Source of the DNA: an uncultured Clostridia bacterium
GTDB lineage: Bacteria; Bacillota; Clostridia; TANB77; CAG-508
DNA: 64,000 bases
Direction of reading: 5' to 3'
Assembly (NCBI GenBank): GCA_944386755.1
Contig: CALXCF010000005.1
Coordinates: forward strand, 14,018-78,017
Shown here: positions 1 to 9,232 of the stretch, one piece after another
How the letters are laid out: each line of letters begins with the position of its first letter
Numbering within the stretch: position 1 is the stretch's first letter
Notes under the pieces: model-generated
The model's input: the letters and a program-made list of their open reading frames with translations, nothing else
The model's database searches: none
Told to the model about the DNA's origin: nothing
Made by a program: the position numbers and the translations under genes

Positions 1-1271
1 AATACAATAACAGCAACATACATTTGAATGTTGTTATTGTCCCCTGTTTGTGGACTTGTTTCAGATGTATTGCCATTAACTGTAGTTGAGTTATCACCGG
101 CAATGCTCTCTTCTGTTTTACTTCCTTTATCTACAGAAGGCGATGTATTATTCTTTACACTTGTCTTCTGATTTTCAGTAGTTGTATTGTCTATATTCTC
201 ATTTTGACTTGTAGCAGTCGTTTTCTCATCATCTGTAACAGGCTGTGTGTTTGGTTCTGTTGGGTTTTCTGTTACAGGCTTTGTTTCACTTGGCTCTTCG
301 TCTGTTGACGGCTCAGAACTCGACTCAGAGGGGTTTGTTGAGTCTGTAGTGTCACCAGTAGGATCTGTTGTGTCTTCCTCAGAAGTGGGTTCGCTTGGTT
401 TAGTTGTATCCTCTTCTGATGAGGGTTCACTCGGTTTGGTTGTATCGTCCTCTGATGAGGGTTCACTCGGTTTGGTTGTATCGTCCTCTGATGAGGGTTC
501 AGTTGGATCTACCGGCTCGGTTGGTGTAGTAGGATCTGTGGGATTTACAAGCTCATACTGTGCCTGACAATATGAGCAAACATAATATTCACCTTGTACT
601 ACCTTTGTGCAGTTTTCAATGGTTTCTATTCCGCATTTTGTACATATTTTAGTATGTGTACCGTTGTTATTTGCTTCATATTCATAGCTGTGACCTGTAG
701 AATCCACATAGTCCGTAACATAAGAGTTATCACATCTTGAGCAAGTATATGTTGTATATCCATCTTCTGTACAAGTAGGATCTGTTACTGTAGCAAGATA
801 ATTATGTCCAAGCTCATCTATAATGTCAGTCCGAGTTGTACCGCATCCAGAGCAAGTATATAGGATTGTTCCCTTTTCAGTACAAGACGGTTCTTTTGTT
901 ACTACACCTTCATCCCAAGTGTGAGTATGCTGGGTTGGTGGTTCGGTTGTGTCACGATATTTAAAGTTACCTGTCCATTTACCGCAATAAGAACAGCTCC
1001 AACATTCATATCCACTTGGAACTTTGCTTATATATTCTTCCCAAGTAATATTCCCTTTATTATATTCCTCAATTAACTCGTTTCTTACTGTGTTCCAATG
1101 TTTTTCTATTTCTGATTTATTATTATACCAACTTCCTAAATTACCACAACTTGAACTATGGTTATTATTATTTGTACAATGCGTTTCAGCCAGAACGGTT
1201 ATTGGTGTAAGAAAAACAGCAAGAGCCATTATAACGAGCAATATTTTCTTAAATGTTTTATTTCCTTTCAT
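1..1271 (-). CDS. Cell-surface protein, 3' end beyond window: signal peptide, Cys-rich modules, 12-aa acidic Thr/Pro repeats, SPQTG sortase-type motif
   Basis: Absent from the ORF track because no stop lies in the window. My own minus-strand translation from ATG 1271 (AAGGTGA upstream) gives MKGNKTFKKILLVIMALAVFLTPITVLAETHCTNNNNHSS... It stays open to position 1 and ends ...SPQTGDNNNIQMYVAVIV. The N-terminal module is near-identical to the C-terminus of the 5423..6754 product. Confidence 0.75.
   Translation of the reverse strand, partial: MKGNKTFKKILLVIMALAVFLTPITVLAETHCTNNNNHSSSCGNLGSWYNNKSEIEKHWNTVRNELIEEYNKGNITWEEYISKVPSGYECWSCSYCGKWTGNFKYRDTTEPPTQHTHTWDEGVVTKEPSCTEKGTILYTCSGCGTTRTDIIDELGHNYLATVTDPTCTEDGYTTYTCSRCDNSYVTDYVDSTGHSYEYEANNNGTHTKICTKCGIETIENCTKVVQGEYYVCSYCQAQYELVNPTDPTTPTEPVDPTEPSSEDDTTKPSEPSSEDDTTKPSEPSSEEDTTKPSEPTSEEDTTDPTGDTTDSTNPSESSSEPSTDEEPSETKPVTENPTEPNTQPVTDDEKTTATSQNENIDNTTTENQKTSVKNNTSPSVDKGSKTEESIAGDNSTTVNGNTSETSPQTGDNNNIQMYVAVIV
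379..505. repeat. 36-bp tandem repeat, ~3.5 copies, inside the surface-protein gene
   Basis: The unit tctgatgagggttcactcggtttggttgtatcgtcc is exact at 415..450 and 451..486, with degenerate copies on both sides. It encodes EPSSEDDTTKPS repeats on the minus strand. Confidence 0.9.
962..1187. repeat. Copy A of a ~225-bp duplicated coding module (copy B at 5434..5659)
   Basis: Near-identical DNA. The spurious plus-strand ORFs at 1024 and 5496 share an identical 54-aa prefix. The module encodes HCTNNNNHSSSCGNLGSWYNNKSEIEKHWNTVRNELIEEYNKGNITWEEYISKVPSGYECWSCSYCGK. Confidence 0.95.
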
Positions 1272-1290
1272 TTTTCGTCACCTTTATATC

Positions 1291-1320
1291 TACACGGAAG
1301 GAATTTACCTTCCGTGTAGC
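1291..1320 (-). terminator. Perfect 12-bp hairpin between adhesin stop and next gene start
   Basis: ctacacggaagg-aattta-ccttccgtgtag. No clear U-tract follows, so it may be a processing or stability hairpin rather than a full terminator. Confidence 0.45.
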
Positions 1321-1329
1321 CTTAATCAG

Positions 1330-4300
1330 TTATTTCTTAAACGCTTTCTTTTTGATGATAATCATAGCAATAATAAAGATTACTGCAATAATTCCTATTG
1401 TTACATACATCATTACCCTATTGTTATCACCTGTGAATAATGACGGCAATAGTGTATTCTGATATTCAAAAGAATAAACTCCGTTTTCTTCTGAAAGTTC
1501 TTTGTCGTTAGCAAACACACCTTCATCATTAATGATTACTTCAACCACTTCATCTGACAACTCATATCCAAGCGGTGCTTTTGTCTCTTTAATGTAGTAT
1601 GTTCCATACCTAAGGTCTGCGAATAACGCTGTTCCGTCCTCTGTATTGGCAGTTACTGTAGTAATTTCATTTTTACATTCAGGATCAGAATAAATAGTAA
1701 ATTCAAAATCTCTGCTGATAATGTTTTCGCCTGTTGCACTATCAACCTTATTTACCATTACAGAAGCCAAGATTGGTGCATCCTTCATAACTACTTTCTG
1801 TGTGGTTTTTTCTGTGCTAACAGTAAACTCAACACTTTCAGTCAGTTCGTATCCATATGGTGCAGTTACCTCAGTTAATGTATATGTCTGTCCTTCTGAA
1901 AGACCTGTAACAATATGAGGTTCTGTTGTCGAAGTCCAGCTATCTATTACATTACCTTCACTATCTGTTACGGTAAGCTCTGCTCCTTCCAGTTCTTCGC
2001 CTGTTGTAATGTCCGTTTTTGAAACCGTTAATTGCTTATCAACAACAGAAACATACTGTATTTCTTTATCTGTGCTGACAGTAAATTCTACCGGACTTGC
2101 CGTTACATAATTATCCGGCGTAACAGTTTCAGAAATTACATAGGTTTGACCTTCGATAAGACCACTGACAAAATGACTTTCTTCTGTAGTAGTCCATTTA
2201 TCAACAATTTGCTTTGTTCTTGTGTTTGTAACTGTTAATTCTGCATCTATAACAGGATTGCCGTCAACATCAACTTTATTTACAGCAACCTGTTTGTCAA
2301 CCATTTTTACTTTCTGAATGTCTTTTGTGTTTTCTACCGTAAATTGAATTTCGCTGGCTACAACATAAGTGTCCGGTGCATACTCTTCACGCAAGGTGTA
2401 TGTTTTTCCGACTTCTAATCCTTCAATTTTATGGCTTTCGGTTGTTGAAGTCCAGCTATCTATTACATTACCTTCACTATCTGTTACAGTAAGCTCTGCT
2501 CCTTCAATTTCGTTTTCACCGGTAATGTCTACCTTTGAAATATCAACTTCTGTAGTATAGTTTTCAATGTTAAAAGTAGAAGTATATACTTTTGTTGTGT
2601 TGTCTTCTACAGTAAAGGATGCTTCGTAGACAGTATCATCTAAAACGCCACCTTCTATTGTTGATACTTCCTTAAATGTGTAATCACCTATCCAAAGGTT
2701 ATCAATAGTAAGTGTTGCATCTGCGTTTAGATAATACACATCGCCTATAACCGTACCAGCTTCGTAAACTACACTGCCATCAGCCATATCTATAATGTCT
2801 GATTTCGCTGTAAGCTCAAATCCAATCTTGGTATAATCAATATCCTCTATGAGCGTTTTATCAATGTTTTCTCTTTCATAGAAAGATTTGTTTATTACAA
2901 TTTCAGCTTTTGGCTGTTTATTTTCAACCGTCACAGTAACAACTGTATCACCATCCACATCTTTATCATAATCATAAATAGATGTTATTGTGAACGGAAC
3001 GCTGTCCTCTGCAATTAAAAATCCTTCGGGATTTGTAATTTCAACAACTTCATAGTTACCTGCCGGAAGTTTGAATGGTGTTGTTACAGTACCTTTTTCA
3101 TCATTTGTTGTTGCATATATTTCTCCAACGGCTGGTACTACAAAATCATCACTATTCGTCATAAATTCGGAGAATTTATTGCTGCCGACTTTATACTGAA
3201 TATACTCTCCTTCTGGATATATCAATTCTCCGCTACCGGTATCATAGATATTTTCTGTTGCCTTGATTTTAAAAGTAGCAGAAGACAATGTTACAGTTTT
3301 ACCACTGTCTGCATCTTTCTTTACTACCTTAACAGGTGCTTCAAAAGGAGTGTTGTTAATAGCGATGTATTTTACTTTATTTTCAACTTCAACTTCTGTT
3401 TCGTCATCTGTAATAGAAAATGTGAAGTCTGAACCTGATGAGTAATCAACAGGTGTCACTGTTTCTTTTCCAATAAACTTACCATAAGGCAGATAATCGG
3501 ATGTAGCTGTTCCGTCTTCACCTGTAGTTAATACATCATAAGTGAGTGCTACTGCATTTGCTTTATCAGCTCTGCTTGCATCTACATCAACGATATTTCC
3601 TGATTCGTCTAATCCCTTCCAGTTACCGTCATTATCTTTATATGCCCATATTTCTTCATAGGAATATCCCTGTTCTAATGCCTTTTGGTAATCGGAATAC
3701 AACTTAATTGTAAACTCAGCACCTTTAAGACCAATCATTTCACCGGCAGTACCGTTAGTTCCTGCTTTGAATACTTTAACTTTCATAGATTTTACAACAT
3801 CAGTGCTTTCTGTGCTGTTATCTATGATAACCGGTGTTACCTGATCTTTATACGAAAGGGTAACATTATATGTCTTGTTATCTGTAAATGTACCTACTGG
3901 ATTTGTTGTCTCTTTAATATAATACGAACCTAAAGGTAATTTATCCCAAGATATTGTACCTGTTGTACCATCGGCATTGGGGGTAATTGTTTTCTTTCCG
4001 ACTACGGCATCTTTTTCGTAAAATACTTTAGATCCGTTTTTACTTGCAATTCTTGTGGCGGCATAAAGTGTATATTCTGCTTCCTTAATATTAACATCAC
4101 CATATCTGCCGTTTGTTTTTGTTGTATCAAGCGTCTTTGTGAGATTAATCGTTCCTGTAGGTTCAGTATTTGTTACTGTTTCAGTCGATGTTTGGTTACT
4201 ATTTACTGTAACAGATATTACTTCATCATTAATAAGGAAACCTTCGCTTGCTTTCAGTTCTTTAACAAAATATGTTGCAGGAGCTAAATCTTCAAACTTT

Positions 4301-5262
4301 ACCTTTCCACCACTTGATGTGGCTGTTGCTATCCGATTGGTACATCCTCTGTCTGTATATAAACCGAACTGTGTACCATCAATACTTGCTCCATAAATGT
4401 CTTGCTTTGTAAGTTCAATGTCACCAAGAGGTGTTATACGTCCCCTAAAATCTAAACCAATTGGATCATAGTATGCACTGTACAATAACCTTTGTGTTCC
4501 GCCAGAAGCCGGAGAATACAAGAGGCAATTGTTAGTATCTCCTGTGATTTCTTTTACAACCAATTGCGTAAGCATAAATGATGTTGAATTACAAGTTTTA
4601 TCTATTGTAATTGTAATTGTATTAGAATTGCTCTCGTGAACAATCTTTACACCGTTACTATCTTGTGTGAATGCTGGATAATCTTTTAGCACGCCATTTA
4701 TGTCTGTAATTGTATGTGTTGAACCAGCTAAATATGGCTCTGAACTTGTTATGTCACTACTATCAAACGATGGATATGTGTTAAGATTCCTCATATTGGC
4801 TTCTGCATTTGCTATCCATTCGTTATATCCACTTGATGAAAAACTCCAAGAAGTTTCCCATCCCAGTACAGACCAAGCCTTTTTTTGAGCATATGCCATA
4901 TCAAGCCAATTAATACTATTTCCGTGCTTCATATAGTATCCGGCAAAAATCCATCTTGCAGCTTCAAGCACCCGACTATCACTTGGTATTCCTTGAGTTT
5001 CAAGTGTTGAACTGTTTGGAGAAGATTTACCATACTCAATACAAAACAATGGATAACTTTGTCCGTTTACAGTTGTTGTATGCAATTCGTGTCCATAATG
5101 CATTGACACAGAAATAGGAATGTTAGTGTTATTTTCAGCATCGCCTAAATTCATACCGGCAGCAAAAGTTGTTAATGGGATTGTTGTTATAACCATTAAA
5201 ACTGTCAAAATAAACGCTACCATCTTCTTTAGCATCTTACTTTTAAACTTTAATTTACTCAT
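1330..5262 (-). CDS. Large surface adhesin: signal peptide, N-terminal thioester-like domain, multiple CnaB/SpaA-type repeats, C-terminal sorting signal
   Basis: 1310-aa ORF. N-terminal signal is MLKKMVAFILTVLMVITTIPLTTFA. LFCIEYGKSSP and AQKKAW resemble the Cys and Gln thioester motifs. Repeated TVTDSEGNVIDSWTSTTE(S/P)H modules are present. The C-terminus reads SLFTGDNN, then a hydrophobic stretch, then KKKAFKK. Confidence 0.85.
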   Translation of the reverse strand: MSKLKFKSKMLKKMVAFILTVLMVITTIPLTTFAAGMNLGDAENNTNIPISVSMHYGHELHTTTVNGQSYPLFCIEYGKSSPNSSTLETQGIPSDSRVLEAARWIFAGYYMKHGNSINWLDMAYAQKKAWSVLGWETSWSFSSSGYNEWIANAEANMRNLNTYPSFDSSDITSSEPYLAGSTHTITDINGVLKDYPAFTQDSNGVKIVHESNSNTITITIDKTCNSTSFMLTQLVVKEITGDTNNCLLYSPASGGTQRLLYSAYYDPIGLDFRGRITPLGDIELTKQDIYGASIDGTQFGLYTDRGCTNRIATATSSGGKVKFEDLAPATYFVKELKASEGFLINDEVISVTVNSNQTSTETVTNTEPTGTINLTKTLDTTKTNGRYGDVNIKEAEYTLYAATRIASKNGSKVFYEKDAVVGKKTITPNADGTTGTISWDKLPLGSYYIKETTNPVGTFTDNKTYNVTLSYKDQVTPVIIDNSTESTDVVKSMKVKVFKAGTNGTAGEMIGLKGAEFTIKLYSDYQKALEQGYSYEEIWAYKDNDGNWKGLDESGNIVDVDASRADKANAVALTYDVLTTGEDGTATSDYLPYGKFIGKETVTPVDYSSGSDFTFSITDDETEVEVENKVKYIAINNTPFEAPVKVVKKDADSGKTVTLSSATFKIKATENIYDTGSGELIYPEGEYIQYKVGSNKFSEFMTNSDDFVVPAVGEIYATTNDEKGTVTTPFKLPAGNYEVVEITNPEGFLIAEDSVPFTITSIYDYDKDVDGDTVVTVTVENKQPKAEIVINKSFYERENIDKTLIEDIDYTKIGFELTAKSDIIDMADGSVVYEAGTVIGDVYYLNADATLTIDNLWIGDYTFKEVSTIEGGVLDDTVYEASFTVEDNTTKVYTSTFNIENYTTEVDISKVDITGENEIEGAELTVTDSEGNVIDSWTSTTESHKIEGLEVGKTYTLREEYAPDTYVVASEIQFTVENTKDIQKVKMVDKQVAVNKVDVDGNPVIDAELTVTNTRTKQIVDKWTTTEESHFVSGLIEGQTYVISETVTPDNYVTASPVEFTVSTDKEIQYVSVVDKQLTVSKTDITTGEELEGAELTVTDSEGNVIDSWTSTTEPHIVTGLSEGQTYTLTEVTAPYGYELTESVEFTVSTEKTTQKVVMKDAPILASVMVNKVDSATGENIISRDFEFTIYSDPECKNEITTVTANTEDGTALFADLRYGTYYIKETKAPLGYELSDEVVEVIINDEGVFANDKELSEENGVYSFEYQNTLLPSLFTGDNNRVMMYVTIGIIAVIFIIAMIIIKKKAFKK

Positions 5263-5422
5263 AATAATTTGTCCTTTCTTAATTTTTTTAATTATTACTA
5301 TATTTTTTCTTTTACCTACTCCCTTCTATTGCAAAAGAGAAGCCATTTATTTTAGACTTCTCCAATTTATAATTCTATATTAAATTGTTTTACATAATAT
5401 GTCAATAACTAAATCATAAATA

Positions 5423-6754
5423 TTATCTATACTTAAAGTTGCCTGTTAATTTACCACAATAAGAACAGCTCCAACATTCATATCCACTTGGAACTTTGCT
5501 TATATATTCTTCCCAAGTAATATTCCCTTTATTATATTCCTCAATTAACTCGTTTCTTACTGTGTTCCAATGTTTTTCTATTTCTGATTTATTATTATAC
5601 CAACTTCCTAAATTACCACAACTTGAACTATGGTTATTATTATTTGTGCAATGCGTTACGGTTTCGTTACCAGAAGAACTGTTGCTATTTGAAGAGCTAC
5701 TGTTAGGCTTGCTTGACGATGATGATTCAGATGGTCTGCTATTACTTCCTGAGGAAGAAGTATTATTGGAATTTGTACGATTTCCTGAGCTGCTATTACT
5801 TGATGAGCTTTTGTTTGTAACAGAAATCGTAGTTGATGCTTCTACATCGTTTGCTTTGGCTGTAATTGTAGCAGTTCCACTCTTTACTGCTGTAACTTTG
5901 CCATTTTCATCAACTGTCGCAACACTTTCATCTGACGAAGACCATACAGCCGTCTGTTCTTTACCTCTAATGGTTGCCGTTATTGTTGCGTTTTCTCCAA
6001 CTATCAAACTAATATTTATCGGATCAACAGTAATTGTCGGTTCTTTAACAATGACTTTTATTTCTTTAGATGTTACGTTTCCACTTTCATCTGTTGCGTA
6101 AACATTGGTTGCGTACTCTCCAACTGTAGCATAATCCACATTTTCGTTATCAACTGTGATTTCAACATCTGACAAATCTGTTGCACTGAATGTTTCTTCA
6201 ATATTTTCGATTGAGCAGTCTTTGTAAACTTCTACCTCAGTAGGTACATCTTCGCTAAATACAGGAGCAACAGTATCAGCCACATTGAGCTTGACTGTTT
6301 TCGTATCGTCCAATGAAAACAAAATAAGCCCAAATAATTTATATTCAACTTTGTGATTAATTGAAATATCATAACTTCCTACAGGAATATATGCTTTGTC
6401 TTCTTTATTTTGAAGATCAACCTCAAAAGCTGTATTAAAGTCAATCGTTGTGTTGTCCGTTGTTACATTTGTATATTTCTCTGTATCTACAAGTTCAGTA
6501 AGCTCCGGCTCGTATGTCTCACCATATTCGATTGTAATTTCCTCTTGTTTTACTTCCCATTTGTTTGTATTCAATTCGTACAAATACCAACCACCAACAA
6601 GAAGAGCAATAACCACAATCACTGAAACAACAGAAATTATAACCTTCTGTTTCTTGTTCAGTTTTTTCTTGCTCTTTGGCGTTACATCTGACACTGCATT
6701 TGTTTCTAAATTATTTACTTCTTTCTTTGTTTTCAATTCTCGGTCTCCTTTCAT
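5423..6754 (-). CDS. Membrane-anchored surface protein with Big_2 (Ig-like) domain, Ser-rich linker and C-terminal Cys-rich module
   Basis: 443-aa ORF with an N-terminal TM segment (VIISVVSVIVVIALLVGGWYLY). VGENATITATIRGKEQTAVWSSSDESVATVDENGKVTAVKSGTATITAKA is Big_2-like. The C-terminal module is duplicated in the <1..1271 gene. Confidence 0.75.
   Translation of the reverse strand: MKGDRELKTKKEVNNLETNAVSDVTPKSKKKLNKKQKVIISVVSVIVVIALLVGGWYLYELNTNKWEVKQEEITIEYGETYEPELTELVDTEKYTNVTTDNTTIDFNTAFEVDLQNKEDKAYIPVGSYDISINHKVEYKLFGLILFSLDDTKTVKLNVADTVAPVFSEDVPTEVEVYKDCSIENIEETFSATDLSDVEITVDNENVDYATVGEYATNVYATDESGNVTSKEIKVIVKEPTITVDPINISLIVGENATITATIRGKEQTAVWSSSDESVATVDENGKVTAVKSGTATITAKANDVEASTTISVTNKSSSSNSSSGNRTNSNNTSSSGSNSRPSESSSSSKPNSSSSNSNSSSGNETVTHCTNNNNHSSSCGNLGSWYNNKSEIEKHWNTVRNELIEEYNKGNITWEEYISKVPSGYECWSCSYCGKLTGNFKYR
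5434..5659. repeat. Copy B of the ~225-bp duplicated coding module
   Basis: See 962..1187. Confidence 0.95.
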
Positions 6755-7330
6755 TTATTTTGAATTAAAGATTTCAATATCGTTTTGCCTTTGTTTTATT
6801 TCTTTTTTTCTTATAATCAATCGTTCTTCGCTTGCTGGCAATGTGTATATAAAAAGCTCTAACTTTTTAAAATATTTTAAAGAGTTTTCAATGATTTTAA
6901 AAACTTCCTGTTTATCTAATCCTCCAACGCCGGTTCCTAACATTGTCATAGCAATTGTCTTATATTTTGGGAATAAACCATAGTCATAACAATATTCACA
7001 AATTTCAATCATTAATCTTTCAATTGTTTCATATTTGCTCCTTGAACCCGGATAACGCATTGTTACTGCGTGAATAACTTTTTTACAATCCAATCCGCAT
7101 CCATCAGTAACAAAAATTGTTCCCGGGGATCTACTAATAATATGTTTTCTTGCTTCTTTTTTAGATAAAGATTCAATTCTCCCGTTTGTGACAAAATTTA
7201 AGCGTTCTGCTGTGCCTTTATGAACATTTTTTGCACATCTTTTTCCACCCATATATCCGCAGCCGTTCGCAGCATTAACAATAATGTCACAATTAGCAAA
7301 AACAATGTCATCTTCAACAAGCTGTATCAT
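6755..7330 (-). CDS. Macro domain (ADP-ribose binding/hydrolase) protein
   Basis: DIIVNAANGCGYMGG, GTIFVTDGCGL..KKVIHAV and IAMTMLGTGVGGL match the macro-domain signature blocks. Confidence 0.7.
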   Translation of the reverse strand: MIQLVEDDIVFANCDIIVNAANGCGYMGGKRCAKNVHKGTAERLNFVTNGRIESLSKKEARKHIISRSPGTIFVTDGCGLDCKKVIHAVTMRYPGSRSKYETIERLMIEICEYCYDYGLFPKYKTIAMTMLGTGVGGLDKQEVFKIIENSLKYFKKLELFIYTLPASEERLIIRKKEIKQRQNDIEIFNSK

Positions 7331-7820
7331 AAATACTGTCTCCTCTATGATGCTCTGTCATTTTCCTTGAGTTTACGTGTACTGGTTTTGTAAGCAATAC
7401 AATATTTTTTATAAAAGTGATAATTGCAATCAAAAACACTATGGGCATCACGAATGGAGTAATCAATGGACAGAAAACTATTTTTAATGCGAGCTGGAAT
7501 ATACCAATTCCAAGAATATATGTGAGTACACAATACCCTGTTAGTGTACTTGACATCCAATACACCTTAACTGCGAAGATTATATTTGACATTGTTTGCT
7601 CGGAAAGTATTATATCATTCCGTATTAACTCATTATTAATAGATCCAACTAAGCCTTCAACCAGTGAATTGGACATTTCTGCAATAGAAAATATAAAACT
7701 ACTTGATTCGGTATTGTCTAATTTTCTAACAACGAAAATACTTATAATCATAAGAACAACCCACAGTATAAACATTGTTGTAATTTTAGACAGTTTGTCT
7801 GTTGATTTATCTGTTGTCAT
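7314..7820 (-). CDS. Hypothetical polytopic membrane protein
   Basis: 168-aa ORF with several hydrophobic segments. Its stop overlaps the start of the macro-domain gene. Confidence 0.55.
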   Translation of the reverse strand: MTTDKSTDKLSKITTMFILWVVLMIISIFVVRKLDNTESSSFIFSIAEMSNSLVEGLVGSINNELIRNDIILSEQTMSNIIFAVKVYWMSSTLTGYCVLTYILGIGIFQLALKIVFCPLITPFVMPIVFLIAIITFIKNIVLLTKPVHVNSRKMTEHHRGDSIYDTAC

Positions 7821-7838
7821 TGTAAAAACCTCGTTATG

Positions 7839-8288
7839 CTATTCTTTTTCGATATTCAAATCCTCTTCTATATTAGAGGTCTGACCGTCCTCAACATTCA
7901 TTTCAAATTCGTTTTGTTTATTGTTCTTTGAATTTTCGTTAATATCAAAATCCTTACTGTTGTTTTGTTCAACATTCTCTAACATATTATCCTTGGTTTG
8001 TGTTTCTAATTTTATAGATAATGTTCTTCCAACTGTTGTCAGATCGAGTTCTTTAACACAGTGGTTGAACCATTTATTATTTAAGGAAAAGCGTTTAACA
8101 TCTGCCAATACCTCAGCTCTACTTATCGCTTGTTTAGATATATAGCAAGAACCTTGGCGATGAACATACTCGTTCTTTTCCATATATTGACGTATTTGAT
8201 AATATGCTGTTGGCGATGGTCTGTTTGTTATCTTTTCATATTTTTTTGTATCCAGATCAAAATTAATCATCATCCGTTTTTTAGGCAT
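7839..8288 (-). CDS. VapD-like (Cas2-fold endoribonuclease family) protein with acidic C-terminal tail
   Basis: The pattern INFDLDTKKYE...AYYQIRQYMEKNEYVHRQGSCYIS...W...CVKELDLTTV follows the VapD FDL...AY...QGS.Y core. Confidence 0.55.
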   Translation of the reverse strand: MPKKRMMINFDLDTKKYEKITNRPSPTAYYQIRQYMEKNEYVHRQGSCYISKQAISRAEVLADVKRFSLNNKWFNHCVKELDLTTVGRTLSIKLETQTKDNMLENVEQNNSKDFDINENSKNNKQNEFEMNVEDGQTSNIEEDLNIEKE

Positions 8289-8592
8289 TTTTTACTACCG
8301 TCCTATAATAAGCATTCAGACAGTCTTCTTTGTCTCCGTCAATGTACCAGTTCCATTCTTTAATAACCTTAAGAAACCAATCAGTATAAGGTAAATTCAT
8401 TACCATATGCACAAATGGATCTGTATTTTCTATATCTTTGCTATCAAAAACTCCTTTTGAAATTTCAGTTATTTTATATTTTGAAACATACTTTCTGATT
8501 ACGTTCAAGCATTGTTCTTCTGTCATTTTATTTTCTTCTAATTTTTCAGAATCGAATATAAATTCCATTCTCAATATTTCGTTGTTGTTCAT
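8281..8592 (-). CDS. Hypothetical protein
   Basis: 103-aa ORF that overlaps the start of the VapD-like gene by 8 nt, suggesting translational coupling. Confidence 0.55.
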   Translation of the reverse strand: MNNNEILRMEFIFDSEKLEENKMTEEQCLNVIRKYVSKYKITEISKGVFDSKDIENTDPFVHMVMNLPYTDWFLKVIKEWNWYIDGDKEDCLNAYYRTVVKNA

Positions 8593-8707
8593 ATATCCTT
8601 ACCTACTTTCCAATAAAAATATATTTAATTATATCATATTTTCTCGATTTGTGCATTAGATAGTTAAGATATATTTATATTTTTCATATGTTGTTCTAAT
8701 CCGGCTT

Positions 8708-8962
8708 TTACCAAAAATAAATATTCCACACAGTTTTTTTTGTTTTTCTGTTTACTGGTGTATCCTCTAATTCTTGATTGCTAAATTCAACATACTTATT
8801 AATAATCTCAAAAATCTCATCACAAAGGATATATATTTTCAAGCCATCTTTTTCAAACTCAGGAACATTCTCATCCTCTAATGTTGATTTTATTAGATTT
8901 AAGAATTTTGTTTTCTTTATTGCTTCTAAAAAATCAAGCATATCCATTTCTTCGTCGGTCAT
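8708..8962 (-). CDS. Hypothetical small acidic protein
   Basis: I moved the start to ATG 8962 (MTDEEMDMLDF...), which is preceded by GGAG. The track start at 9010 lies inside the palindromic site. Confidence 0.5.
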   Translation of the reverse strand: MTDEEMDMLDFLEAIKKTKFLNLIKSTLEDENVPEFEKDGLKIYILCDEIFEIINKYVEFSNQELEDTPVNRKTKKTVWNIYFW

Positions 8963-8994
8963 ATAAAGTTCTCCTGTTGTAATTCTTTTCATTT

Positions 8995-9010
8995 TTGGCA
9001 AATTTGCCAA
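8995..9010. promoter_or_regulatory. Palindromic site TTGGCAAATTTGCCAA (copy 1 of 5)
   Basis: Perfect 16-bp palindrome, 33 nt upstream of the 8962 start. Confidence 0.6.
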
Positions 9011-9087
9011 GTTATAAATTGCCTATTAGTTTATTATATGCAATTATTCCGCTTGAATAATTATTGTACTTTTCTTTTATTTGATGA

Positions 9088-9207
9088 TTACCGGACATTT
9101 CCTGTAACCTCAAAGGTTATTTTATTACCCATATCGGTTATACAATTAAAACTTAGGTTAATATCCTTATTTGATTTGTTACATAGTGTTTTTACATTGT
9201 TCTGCAT
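9088..9207 (-). CDS. Possible 39-aa small protein
   Basis: ATG 9207 is preceded by AAGGAGAG and lies just downstream of the nuclease stop. No similarity recognised. Confidence 0.3.
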   Translation of the reverse strand: MQNNVKTLCNKSNKDINLSFNCITDMGNKITFEVTGNVR

Positions 9208-9232
9208 CTTTTGATCTCTCCTTTTTTCTTTG

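Noticed and set aside
247-567. Plus-strand ORF (106 aa, Ser/Val/Gly-rich). Similar antisense ORFs occur at 1024..1440, 5496..6101, 6450..6983, 7417..7884, 32977..33555, 34705..35136, 45041..45544, 47102..47593, 49058..49672, 57739..58131 and 62159..62521.
   Set aside because: They lie antisense to long, well-supported minus-strand genes or inside AT-rich spacers. They have low-complexity compositions and no RBS. The identical prefixes of 1024 and 5496 simply mirror the duplicated coding module.
8708-9010. N-terminal MANLPK... extensions of the ORFs at 8708..9010 and 10170..10415.
   Set aside because: The MANLPK codons are the palindromic TTGGCAAATTTGCCAA site itself. Downstream ATGs with proper RBS spacing are better starts.
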